DNA of 64,000 bases from an uncultured Clostridia bacterium (GTDB lineage: Bacteria; Bacillota; Clostridia; Christensenellales; CAG-917). Below the pieces are notes generated by a model, which did no database searches, was not told the origin of the DNA, and saw only the letters and a program-made list of their open reading frames with translations. The stretch is from NCBI GenBank assembly GCA_944372795.1, contig CALWAF010000005.1, forward strand, positions 489-64,488, given 5' to 3'. Both the position numbers and the translations under genes were made by a program. Below, piece by piece: positions 15,941 to 28,051 of the stretch; the first letter of the stretch is position 1; each line of letters opens with the position of its first letter.

Positions 15941-17647
15941 TCAGGGAGCGATCCTCTGATAGCGCCTCTCGAGATTTGCGAAGAGGCCTGCGACGCTCGC
16001 GGCGAGTATCACCGCGGAGATGCCGCCGAGTATTGCATAAATGTTGTTGGTCTCACCGATGGGAATGATGACCACGTCGCCCACCTGCAGGGGCAGGAAG
16101 CTGAAGATCATCGTGAACACGCCGAACAGCGCCGCCACCACGATGCCGACCACGAGGGAGAGCACCATATTCTTGTTGGCGGACACCATTTCGCCGTCAC
16201 CCACCACGTTGAACGTGGGCGACTTGACGTCGGAGGCTATGGCAAGGCAGGTGAGCGCCAGCGTGATCATCTCGGAGATGATGAAGATGCAGCCGATGTC
16301 GAGGGAGGTGAGCAGTCTGCCCGCTTCCTCCGTGCCGAACGCCGCAGCCACCACCACGGTGGACAGCACAACGGACGCCGTGCCGACGGCGGCATAGAGC
16401 ACCAGCTTCGCAAGGATCTGCGTCGTGTAGCTCACGGGCACGATCTTGGTGTGATAGAAAGCGCTGCCCTCACGCGAAATGGATGTGGACGCGAAGGAGA
16501 CGATGATGGCGCTGAATATGATGATGACAAGGAGTGTCAGTCCCGGCACGATAGCCGCGCCGACGGTGTTCTTGCCCATGGTCGCCGCAAGATCGTTGCA
16601 GTAGTACACCATGACGGGCGCCGCCACCGCCATCGCGAGATATTGGAAGGAATAGTTGAACGAGCGCAGGATGAGGAAGAACTCGCGGTGGAGCAAAGTG
16701 CCGAACACGCTGCGCCTGATGTTGGGGATCTTCTTCTGGAAGGACACCTTCTCGGTCTCGATGCCGATGAGGATGATCTTGTAATACGTCCTCGTGGTGA
16801 CGAAGTACGCCGCCACCGAGATCGCCGCCGTGATGAGGAAGATGTAGAGGAACGCGAGCCCCGCATCCTTTGCGGAATAGCCCGAGAACCAGCCGCCGAG
16901 CAGCATGGCATACCACCTGAAGGGGTAGGCGCCGTCGGCGAAGTTTCGGAATATGCTCATGACCTCGGGCGAGAACATGCCCTCTCCCTCGTCGCGCATA
17001 TACTCGAGCACGCCGGAGAGCGCGGTCATATAGAGGATGAACACGCCGCATATCGCCGCGATGAGCAGGATGAGCACCAGCAGGAATTGGTTCTTGACAA
17101 GGTTCATCAGCATCATGACGGGGATGGCGAGCAGGTTCGCTATCGCGTAAGGCAGAGGGATGGCGACGATCATCACCGCGATCGCCACGAAGTAAAATCC
17201 CACGGGCGCGGAAGAGACCGCACCGTAGATCGCACACACGGGGATCATGATGAGCAGATTGATCACCACGTTGTGGATGAAGCAGTAGATGGACTTGGCA
17301 AGCAATATCTCCTTGCCGTTCACGGGGAAGCGCAGCAGCAGCTCGTTGTCGCCGCTGAGATAAAGGTTCTTGACCACGTTGCCTATCGCGACGACGGTGG
17401 TCACGCACACCGTGAATGTCATTGCAACCACGAGGAATTCAAAGGGCATGTCCGAACGCCTCACGAACATCGCCGCGAGGAAATAAATGCCCGTGACGAG
17501 GATCGCGTAGATCGCAAGAGTGAAAATGATGCCCAGCGCCTTGCCCGCCTTATCCTTGGGGGTGGTGTCCACGCGGGACCCGAAGCGCGCCCTCATTTCC
17601 AGCCTGACGAGCGTTCTCACGCTCTGCATGGAGATCTTGTCGTTCAT
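15941..17647 (-). CDS. Polytopic ABC-transporter permease (ABC-2/putative-exporter type)
   Basis: 568 aa, with hydrophobic segments throughout (about 10-12 predicted by eye). Its start overlaps the ATPase stop (ATGA), which implies translational coupling. Confidence 0.75.
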   Translation of the reverse strand: MNDKISMQSVRTLVRLEMRARFGSRVDTTPKDKAGKALGIIFTLAIYAILVTGIYFLAAMFVRRSDMPFEFLVVAMTFTVCVTTVVAIGNVVKNLYLSGDNELLLRFPVNGKEILLAKSIYCFIHNVVINLLIMIPVCAIYGAVSSAPVGFYFVAIAVMIVAIPLPYAIANLLAIPVMMLMNLVKNQFLLVLILLIAAICGVFILYMTALSGVLEYMRDEGEGMFSPEVMSIFRNFADGAYPFRWYAMLLGGWFSGYSAKDAGLAFLYIFLITAAISVAAYFVTTRTYYKIILIGIETEKVSFQKKIPNIRRSVFGTLLHREFFLILRSFNYSFQYLAMAVAAPVMVYYCNDLAATMGKNTVGAAIVPGLTLLVIIIFSAIIVSFASTSISREGSAFYHTKIVPVSYTTQILAKLVLYAAVGTASVVLSTVVVAAAFGTEEAGRLLTSLDIGCIFIISEMITLALTCLAIASDVKSPTFNVVGDGEMVSANKNMVLSLVVGIVVAALFGVFTMIFSFLPLQVGDVVIIPIGETNNIYAILGGISAVILAASVAGLFANLERRYQRIAP

Positions 17648-18462
17648 TGCTCGTCCTCCGTGGATGCGGGAGCTTCCTCAACGGGCATGTCGGGACGCAT
17701 CTCCGCCTGCTCCTGCGCGACGTAGTCCTCGAACAGCCTCTTTTCGTAAGTGCCCGTGATCTTGAAGAACCTCTCTTCGAGGTTTGCCTTGTTCTCTTCG
17801 TTGCCCGCAAGGTCGAAGCAGTCGATGAGGTGACCCTCGTTGATGATCGCCACGCGATGACACAGCCTCTTGACAAGGTCGAGGTTATGGCTGGAGAAGA
17901 ACACCGTATTGCCCTTCGCGCAATGTTCGCGCATATAGGCGATGATCTCCGCCGTGGACTGCGGGTCGAGACCCATCATGGGCTCGTCGAGCACCCACAG
18001 CTTGGGCTCATGGATGAGCGCCGCGATGATGCATATCTTCTGCTTCATGCCGTGGGAGTAAGCCTTGATCTGCTTGTCGATGGCAAAGCGCAGTTTGAAA
18101 AGGTCAAGATATCTCTCCAGCCTCTCCGTCCTGTCCTCTTTGGACACGCGGTAGAGGTCTGCGACGTAGTTGACGTATTCCCTGCCCGTCAGCTTCTCGT
18201 AGACGGAGTGGTTGTCGGGGACGTAGCCCATGTTCATCTTCGCCTTGATGGGCTCCTTCTGGATGTCGTAGCCGCACACTTCGATGCTGCCGCCCTCGAA
18301 GGGAAGGATGCCGGTGAGGCACTTTATCGTGGTGGATTTGCCCGCGCCGTTCTGACCGAGAAAGCCGAATATCTCGCCCGGACGCAGCTCGAAAGAGATG
18401 TCGTCCACCGCGACGCGGTCACTCTTGGGATAGACTTTTTTGAGGTTTGTTACTTTAAGCAT
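17644..18462 (-). CDS. ABC transporter ATP-binding protein
   Basis: Walker A GQNGAGKST, signature-like SHGMKQK, Walker B LWVLDEP and H-loop SSHN. I prefer ATG 18462 (MLKVTNLKKVY, RBS aggaga) over the tracked start at 18504. Confidence 0.9.
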   Translation of the reverse strand: MLKVTNLKKVYPKSDRVAVDDISFELRPGEIFGFLGQNGAGKSTTIKCLTGILPFEGGSIEVCGYDIQKEPIKAKMNMGYVPDNHSVYEKLTGREYVNYVADLYRVSKEDRTERLERYLDLFKLRFAIDKQIKAYSHGMKQKICIIAALIHEPKLWVLDEPMMGLDPQSTAEIIAYMREHCAKGNTVFFSSHNLDLVKRLCHRVAIINEGHLIDCFDLAGNEENKANLEERFFKITGTYEKRLFEDYVAQEQAEMRPDMPVEEAPASTEDEQ

Positions 18463-18682
18463 ATTTCTTCTCCTGCCGTTTCGACGGATTTTGTTTGCCG
18501 CCAAGGCGGCTGTGCGTTCCTCGCGCGAGGGCGCGCACGTTCATCTATGTTGTTCTATTTGTGATTTTACCTCTTAAATATTACCCGCGCATTACGAAAT
18601 TCTTACAAAATCGTTACAACGCAAAAGCGTGCGCGCGGCGCGGTGCGCCTCACGACACTGCTCCGCCCGCGGGAGGACGGGC

Positions 18683-19123
18683 TCATTGCTTCATGACTGC
18701 GGAATGTTTGAGAACGGGTGCGGAGAAAGCCGCAAGCCCTGTCCCGTGTTTGCAAACGCGGACGCGGAAAGCGTCGGCGGGAAAAACGTGCCCTGCGGCT
18801 CTGCGTCTTACGGCGAGGGATTTCTCCGCCCCGCCCGCAAAGAACTTCGCCACCGACACATAAATGTCGCACATGCCGAAAAGGAAGCGTCTGCCGAAAA
18901 TGGCTTGCAGCCGCGCGAACCACGCCTCCTCCGCCACGCTCTGTCCGCAGAATGCGAGAGCGTAGACGGAAGACTCCGTCGCGGCGCGCAGCGCCCTTAT
19001 GCCCTTGGGCAGATTTTTGATCAGCGTGACTACGCACACAACGATGCTTGCCGCCGCCACCGTAAGTGCCAGCGCCAGCACGGCGAAGGATACGCCGACC
19101 ATGGTCGTGATGAAATCAAACAT
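18683..19123 (-). CDS. Hypothetical small membrane protein
   Basis: 146-aa ORF with one clear N-terminal TM segment (VGVSFAVLALALTVAAASIVVCVV). Its GC-rich third positions match neighbouring genes. I recognise no motif. Confidence 0.45.
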   Translation of the reverse strand: MFDFITTMVGVSFAVLALALTVAAASIVVCVVTLIKNLPKGIRALRAATESSVYALAFCGQSVAEEAWFARLQAIFGRRFLFGMCDIYVSVAKFFAGGAEKSLAVRRRAAGHVFPADAFRVRVCKHGTGLAAFSAPVLKHSAVMKQ

Positions 19124-19443
19124 GGCAAACCTCTTCGGTTATATCAATTTTACCATTTTGCCGCGACAGGTGTCAATCGTTTTGCACCCGAGAGCGGCCA
19201 AGGGGATATATCGCACAAACACGCGGTTTAACTCTGCGTTTCCGCAACATAAAAGCCGTTTTATGCCGTTATATTCTTAAAATTCTTCCTCCGTTCCGCG
19301 CGGCGGAGCAAGGTCGGATGAGGCGGGGACAAGGTCGGGTGCGCACGTTCGCACGGTCGCGTTCCCCCGCGCGCGGCGGTATTCTTCTCCCCCGCTCCCC
19401 CTCAACTCACAAAAAATACTCCGCATTCTACACCCTCGTGCGC

Positions 19444-19472
19444 TTGACTTGAAAGTGCTCTCGGCGTATAAC
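19444..19472 (+). promoter_or_regulatory. Promoter of the cation/proton antiporter gene
   Basis: TTGACT (19444-19449), a 17-nt spacer, then TATAAC (19467-19472), 40 nt upstream of ATG 19513. A short leader hairpin GTCCGA..TCGGAC follows. Confidence 0.55.
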
Positions 19473-19512
19473 TTATTCGTCCGAAAAAGAGGGACTCGGA
19501 CGGGAGGTCTTT

Positions 19513-20766
19513 ATGAACGTAGACGAATTGCTGCTGCCGCTTGCACTCATCCTCGTGGTGGCAAAACTTTTCTCCATCTTGGGCAAAAAGCTGGGGCTGC
19601 CGCAGGTGGTCGGGATGATCGTCGCGGGCATATTGCTCGGGCTCATCCGCTATATCCCGGGGCAAAACGTCTTCACCTCTTCCGCCATGGAGGGTCTCTC
19701 CTTCCTTGCCAAGATAGGCGTCATCCTCATCATGTTCTCGGCGGGGCTGGACACCGATCTCAAACAATTCAAAAAGATAGGCGTGCCCAGCGTAGTCATC
19801 ACCCTGCTCGGCGTGGCGTTCCCCCTGCTCTTCGGCTTCCTCGCCGCGGGCGGGATGCTCTTCGGCGGCGATTTCTCCGCTCTCTCCCAAAGCGACCTCA
19901 TCTCCTGCCTCTTCTACGGCACCATACTTGCCGCGACCTCCGTCTCCATCACCGTCGCGGCGCTGAAGGAGCTGGGCAAACTCAACACCAAAGTGGGCAT
20001 GTCCATCATCGCCGCCGCCATCATCGACGACGTCATCGGCATAGTGCTGCTCTCCCTCTTCATCTCCATCGACACCACGGGCGGCGCGGGGGACATCGGG
20101 CGCTCCATCGGCATGATGATCGCCTTCTTCGCCGCAGCCGTGGCAGTGGGACTCGTCATCCGCCTTGCGATGAAGTATATCTCCAAGCGTTTCCCTCACA
20201 CGAGGCGCATCCCCATCTTGAGTTTCGCCGTCTGTTTCTTCTACGCCTACGCCGCCGAAAAATGGTTCGGTGTCGCGGACATCACGGGTGCATACGTTGC
20301 CGGTCTCATGCTGTCGGGGCTGCACGAAACGGAGTACGTCGACCGCAAGATCGAGATCAGCAACTACATGATCTTCGCGCCCGTATTTTTCGCAAACATA
20401 GGGATAACATCCAATTTCGATTCGATAAACGCCAAAATGGCGGGGTTCGGCGTCCTATTCGTCATCGCCGGCATGGCAGGGAAAGTGATAGGCTGCGGTG
20501 GCGGAGCGCTCATATGCGGCTACGGTCTCAAGGACAGCCTGCGCGTCGGCATCGGCATGATGGTGCGTGCGGAAGTGGTGCTGGTGTGCGCCCAGCGCGG
20601 CGTGGACTCCGGGCTGGTTGACCCCGCCATCATGCCCTTCGTCCTCATCCTCATCATCGCCACCACCCTGCTCACTCCCCTCCTTCTCAAACTCTCCTAC
20701 CGCGCCGAACTCCCCCCGCCCACTCTCCCGCCGACCTACGTGCGGGAAGAAAGACCCACCGCCTGA
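19513..20766 (+). CDS. Cation:proton antiporter (CPA2/Kef-type Na+/H+ exchanger family)
   Basis: 417 aa and polytopic. The N-terminus LLLPLALILVVAKLFSILGKKLGLPQVVGMIVAGILLG is typical of this family. Confidence 0.85.
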   Translation: MNVDELLLPLALILVVAKLFSILGKKLGLPQVVGMIVAGILLGLIRYIPGQNVFTSSAMEGLSFLAKIGVILIMFSAGLDTDLKQFKKIGVPSVVITLLGVAFPLLFGFLAAGGMLFGGDFSALSQSDLISCLFYGTILAATSVSITVAALKELGKLNTKVGMSIIAAAIIDDVIGIVLLSLFISIDTTGGAGDIGRSIGMMIAFFAAAVAVGLVIRLAMKYISKRFPHTRRIPILSFAVCFFYAYAAEKWFGVADITGAYVAGLMLSGLHETEYVDRKIEISNYMIFAPVFFANIGITSNFDSINAKMAGFGVLFVIAGMAGKVIGCGGGALICGYGLKDSLRVGIGMMVRAEVVLVCAQRGVDSGLVDPAIMPFVLILIIATTLLTPLLLKLSYRAELPPPTLPPTYVREERPTA

Positions 20767-20793
20767 CCGCCCCGCGCCTTTGTTGTTTTTGAC

Positions 20794-20824
20794 CCGCCGA
20801 ACATCGTTCGGCGGACTTTATTTC
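20794..20824 (+). terminator. Probable terminator of the antiporter gene
   Basis: CCGCCGAAC (20794-20802) pairs with GTTCGGCGG (20806-20814), followed by a T-rich tail. Confidence 0.5.
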
Positions 20825-20829
20825 CCCGC

Positions 20830-21690
20830 CGGGACCTCGGCGGAGAACCAAGTAACACTAGCTCAAAGTGAGCGTCGTGCTCAAATGCGCTCGCCCAAAG
20901 TTCGCGTCGTACTCGGAGAGTGTAAAACTTGCCGATGTCCTCTAACACGGAAGTATTGTTCCACCACCTTCCGGGGACCCCACTCATCAGCCCCATCACA
21001 AAATCAAAGATTTTGCGACGGGGTCCCCGTTGTACATTTCGGGGTCCCCGGGCAAAATTTATAATTTTTGACTGGGGTAAATTCAGGGAGCCCCATTCGG
21101 GCTTTCCTCCCCCCACTGCGTCACAGCACGTGCTCGCCTTCGCGGCGGCGTAAACTTCGCCGCTCATCTATCGCACGGCTGCTCCTTTCCCCTTCCGAAT
21201 ATACATTCGGCGGGGACCCCGTGCGCGAAAGCACCCCTCACAAACGAGGGCTCTGCCCTCGTCTTCCGCGGCGTGAAAATGAACGAGCTTCGCGATAGTT
21301 CCGCAGGAACGAGGAACGAAGCGAGCGTCTCCGCATTTTCACGCCGCGATAAGGAACAGCGGATGTGAAAAACAAGGCACTGCCGCAAGTGCGGCAGTGC
21401 CTGTGATTTATCATCCGCTGTGACGCAGGCGCGCACTAAATCGTACGTAACTCGCAGGGCGGGAGGGCTTTGACGCAGCTATTCGCCAAAAATTCAATAA
21501 AGCTCTTCAAAGCCCGAGGGCGATATCCGGCTCCCCCCCCCTTCGAAGCCCGACGCCGTCATTTGGATGAGATGCGCGAAAAAGCCCCTTCCGCAAAAGG
21601 GAGCGTACTAAATCGTACGTGACCGCATTGCGGAACGGGGCTTTGACAAAGCAGGTCGCCAAATGACGGCGTCGGTAACTTAAAAATGGT
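20830..21690. repeat. Non-coding tract packed with palindromes, long hairpins and dispersed-repeat copies
   Basis: It lies between two convergent genes and has no credible ORF. GGGGWCCCC occurs at 20973, 21020, 21041 and 21212. A 14-bp inverted repeat sits at 21268-21281 / 21334-21347. A two-tier hairpin spans 21357-21420. A 60-nt direct repeat sits at 21431-21490 / 21603-21663. A 17-bp inverted repeat sits at 21550-21566 / 21659-21675. Confidence 0.7.
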
Positions 21691-21695
21691 TTTTC

Positions 21696-23264
<1,569 letters not shown>

Positions 23265-23557
23265 AAGTATCCTCTTTTTACGTCATAAAGACGAAATTTG
23301 TTTTCGTGATAAATGTTGCGGCGATTCCGCCGCCCGATGCTACTCTATGCGCAGGACGACATTTTCTTTGCCGTCTTCGGGAGCCGACGCCGTCTCGTCC
23401 GAGGCGTCGTCACTATGCCTCCCGTGCCCCCGCGTCCGCTCCCCCCGAGCGACGCGTGATATGCTCTGCGAAGCGGCGGGCATAAGACCCGCCGCTCGAC
23501 AGATGATCGCTTTTATTCGGTCAAAACGAAGTGATAAAACCCCGTTTTTGCCGGCTA

Positions 23558-24307
23558 TCAATAATTGACGACTTTGGAGAAATCCTCCGCCTTCAGGGAC
23601 GCGCCGCCGATGAGTCCGCCGTCGATCTCGGGCATCGCCATAAGCTCGCTCGCGTTCTTGGGATTCATGCTGCCGCCGTATTGGATGCGCACTCTGTTCT
23701 CCGCGCACTTGGGGCAATAAAGCTTCGCCATGGTGTCACGGATGACTTTGATGGTGTCGTTGGCGTCCTGCGCGGTCGCCGTCTTGCCCGTGCCGATCGC
23801 CCAGACGGGCTCGTAGGCGATGACGATGTTGTCCAGCTCGTCCTTGTCGATGTCCTTGAACGCCGCGACGGTCTGACGGGTGACGACTTCCTCCGTCTTG
23901 CCTCCCTCACGCTCTTCCAGCGTCTCGCCCACACACACGATGGGCTTGAGCCCTGCCGCAAGCGCCGCCTTCATGCGCGCGTTGACGGTCTCGTCGGTCT
24001 CGCCGAAATACTGCCTTCTCTCGCTGTGGCCGATGATGACGTACTCCACGCCGAGCTCAACGAGCATCTTGGCGCTGATCTCGCCCGTGAAGGCGCCTTT
24101 TTCCGCCCAGTGCACGTTCTCGGCGCCCACCTTGATGTTGGTGCCGCGGGTGGCTTCGACAGCCGCCGCAAGGTCGGTGTAGGGGGTGCAGATGACCACG
24201 TCGCATTCCGCATCCTTCACGAGGGGGATGAGGTCGGCGACGAGAGCCTTGGTCTCTGCGATGGTGTTGTTCATCTTCCAGTTGCCTGCAATGATGGGTT
24301 TGCGCAT
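23558..24307 (-). CDS. tpiA: Triose-phosphate isomerase
   Basis: MRKPIIAGNWKMN start (ATG 24307, internal to the tracked ORF), IIGHSERR and AYEPVWAIGTG. Confidence 0.95.
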   Translation of the reverse strand: MRKPIIAGNWKMNNTIAETKALVADLIPLVKDAECDVVICTPYTDLAAAVEATRGTNIKVGAENVHWAEKGAFTGEISAKMLVELGVEYVIIGHSERRQYFGETDETVNARMKAALAAGLKPIVCVGETLEEREGGKTEEVVTRQTVAAFKDIDKDELDNIVIAYEPVWAIGTGKTATAQDANDTIKVIRDTMAKLYCPKCAENRVRIQYGGSMNPKNASELMAMPEIDGGLIGGASLKAEDFSKVVNY

Positions 24308-24457
24308 AATGTTCTCCTTTTTATCATAACGCGGTGTCCCGCACTCATTTATTCCGCGCCGAAGCACGTATGTGTCCGAAAGCGGCGTTTATCTCACGTT
24401 TTTGATCGCTAAACGTCGCATTCGGGATTTTCCCGCAAATGCCGCGGGAGAGACGTT

Positions 24458-25759
<1,302 letters not shown>

Positions 25760-26261
25760 GGAAAATCTCCTTTATGATGAATTGTTTTTTGCGTAAGGAA
25801 CGGCGGGAGCACTCCGCGCCGACTTGAAAATTATATCACACGCACGCGCACAGCGCAAACAATTTTCTCTTTTGGATAAACAAAGTATAAAAGCCGTCCG
25901 TCCACGGCGCTCCCGCGCCGTCATCGAAGATCGCGGGACGGCATACGATTGATATGGGCGCGCCGCTCGCTCTCTCGCACCGTCCGCACCTCGCGCCGTT
26001 TACACCTCACGCCGTCCGCCGCGGAGCACACTCACGCACAACACCGCTTCGGAATGCACACCCCCTCAAACGAGGACGCCTCGTTTTCTCCCCTGCTCAT
26101 ATGCGCATATGTTCACAACACAAATCGTGTTATTTTGAGGTCAACGTATCGTGTACCGCACTTTTCAAGCCGATTTCCGCAAAAAAAGAACGCGCACGGC
26201 GCGTCCTTTCCTCTCGACCGACGCCGCTCGCGACAGCACGGGAGAACATTGCACGTCTTTT

Positions 26262-26810
26262 CTACACACCCTCTCTCGTCAGATGTCCTTCCGCGGAGAG
26301 CGTGCCGAAACCGTTTTGACGGAGAGCCTCGTAAACTGCTATCGCCACGGAGTTGGAAAGATTCAAAGATCTTGCCTCCGCTCTCATTGGTATACGTATC
26401 GTGTTTTGATAATTTTCCGCGAGCAGATCCTCGGGAAGTCCCTTCGTTTCCTTGCCGAAAACGAGATAATCGCCGGGACGGAAGGCTGCCTCCGTGTACG
26501 ACCTCGCGGCCTTTGTGGAAAGGAAATAAAATGAATGGCTCGACCTCTCCGCCGTCACGGCATATGCGGCGCCGCCCGCGCGGGTGTATCTTCCCGCGGC
26601 GTTCCTCGCAAAAAAGTCTTCGAGGCTTTCGTACACCTTAAAGTCGGCAAGATGCCAATAGTCCAGCCCCGCGCGTTTAAGTGCGCGGTCGGAGATGTCG
26701 AACCCCAGCGGTTTCACGAGGTGCACGCTGCATCCCGTCGCCGCCGCCGTCCTTACGATATTGCCCGTATTCTGCGGGATCTCGGGCTCCACCAAAACGA
26801 TATTGAACAT
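26262..26810 (-). CDS. trmL: tRNA (cytidine/uridine-2'-O)-methyltransferase, SpoU/TrmL type
   Basis: MFNIVLVEPEIPQNTGNIVRTAAATG and SLNLSNSVAIAVYEAL (the knot region). ATG 26810 is preferred over the tracked start at 26837. Confidence 0.8.
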   Translation of the reverse strand: MFNIVLVEPEIPQNTGNIVRTAAATGCSVHLVKPLGFDISDRALKRAGLDYWHLADFKVYESLEDFFARNAAGRYTRAGGAAYAVTAERSSHSFYFLSTKAARSYTEAAFRPGDYLVFGKETKGLPEDLLAENYQNTIRIPMRAEARSLNLSNSVAIAVYEALRQNGFGTLSAEGHLTREGV

Positions 26811-27028
26811 AGCACTCTCATATGCGCGCTTCCGCACATAATACAGCCACGATTATACCACACCCGTACCGCAAACGCAACGCGGGCGCTCTCCGTCATA
26901 CAACCAAACGAAAGTTAATCGTACGTCGCTAGGCTGCCGGTCTTGTACGTGACGGACGCGAACCAAACACGAACCAAACGAAAACGAAGCGCGTTTTCCG
27001 CGATCTAACGCTGTGTTTTTTTCGGGAT

Positions 27029-28051
27029 CTAACTCAAAAATTCTTCTGCGACGGCAAAGACGTCCGCGACGTCGCACACCTTTGCCGCGGCAAGACGGAC
27101 GGCTTTTGCGTGCGGCGTGTTCTTTGCGTAATGACACAGATGAAGTTTCATCACGTTCGCCACCGTGCGCTCGGGCATTATCTTCAAAAGCACGCCGACG
27201 TGGCGTTTTACGGCATCTACGGCGTCGAATGCAAGTTTCGACTTGCTTGCGAGCTCATCGGCATAAGCCCGCGCGTCGGGCCTAATTGTCCCGTCCGTGG
27301 AATATATATCGTCGTCGGAGAGGCTGTCCAAAGCCCCCAGCACCTCGAACAGCCACGGGCGTCCCAGCGCACCTCGCCCCACCATATAGGCGTCGGCACG
27401 GGTCATGCGGCGCACCGCAAAGTAGCTCTCCGCGTCCGAGATGTCGCCGTTTGCGATGACGGGGATCGTGAGCGCCTCCTTCACCTTGACGGTGACCGTA
27501 TGATCGGCGCTGCCCGCGTACATCTGTTCGCGGAAGCGCGGGTGCACGGTGACAGCCGCGGCGCCGCCGCGCTCCGCCGCCAGCGCGCATTCGACCGCGA
27601 GCACCTCTCCTTGATGTATGCCCGCGCGGATCTTGACCGTGACAGGACGGCGGCATCCCTCCGAAGTCGCGCGGACGATGTCCTCGATGAGCGCGGGATG
27701 CGCCATGAGAGCGCTGCCGTCGCCGTTTGAAAAAACTTTCTTTACGGGACAGCCCATGTTGATGTCCACGATGTCGAAGCCCGCGAGCCTCTCGTCCGCC
27801 GCCGCTTTTTTCATAAACTCGGGCTCACAGCCGAAGAGCTGTACGGCGCGCGTCGTACACACGGGCTCGGTGAAAAGCAGAGGCTCGGTGCCCCTGCCGC
27901 CGAAGCAAAGCCCCTTTGCGCTGACCATCTCGGTGTACGTGAGCCCTGCACCGTGCTCCATGCAAAGCGCGCGGAAACCCGCGTCGCTGAAACCCGCCAG
28001 CGGCGCGAGGAAAATGCGAGATTTGAGGTTTAATGTGTCAAAAAGATTCAT
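27029..28051 (-). CDS. dusB: tRNA-dihydrouridine synthase
   Basis: LAPLAGFSDAGFR, DINMGCP, 340 aa. Its start overlaps the mazG stop (ATGA). Confidence 0.9.
   Translation of the reverse strand: MNLFDTLNLKSRIFLAPLAGFSDAGFRALCMEHGAGLTYTEMVSAKGLCFGGRGTEPLLFTEPVCTTRAVQLFGCEPEFMKKAAADERLAGFDIVDINMGCPVKKVFSNGDGSALMAHPALIEDIVRATSEGCRRPVTVKIRAGIHQGEVLAVECALAAERGGAAAVTVHPRFREQMYAGSADHTVTVKVKEALTIPVIANGDISDAESYFAVRRMTRADAYMVGRGALGRPWLFEVLGALDSLSDDDIYSTDGTIRPDARAYADELASKSKLAFDAVDAVKRHVGVLLKIMPERTVANVMKLHLCHYAKNTPHAKAVRLAAAKVCDVADVFAVAEEFLS

Noticed and set aside
12761-17725. A 1654-aa ORF on the top strand, the longest in the track
   Set aside because: It runs antisense across three well-supported bottom-strand genes (two Big_2 proteins and the ABC permease) and ignores their boundaries. 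Its translation is His/Asp/Arg/Gly/Val-rich low complexity with no motif. This is the expected stop-codon-poor antisense frame of GC-rich coding DNA.
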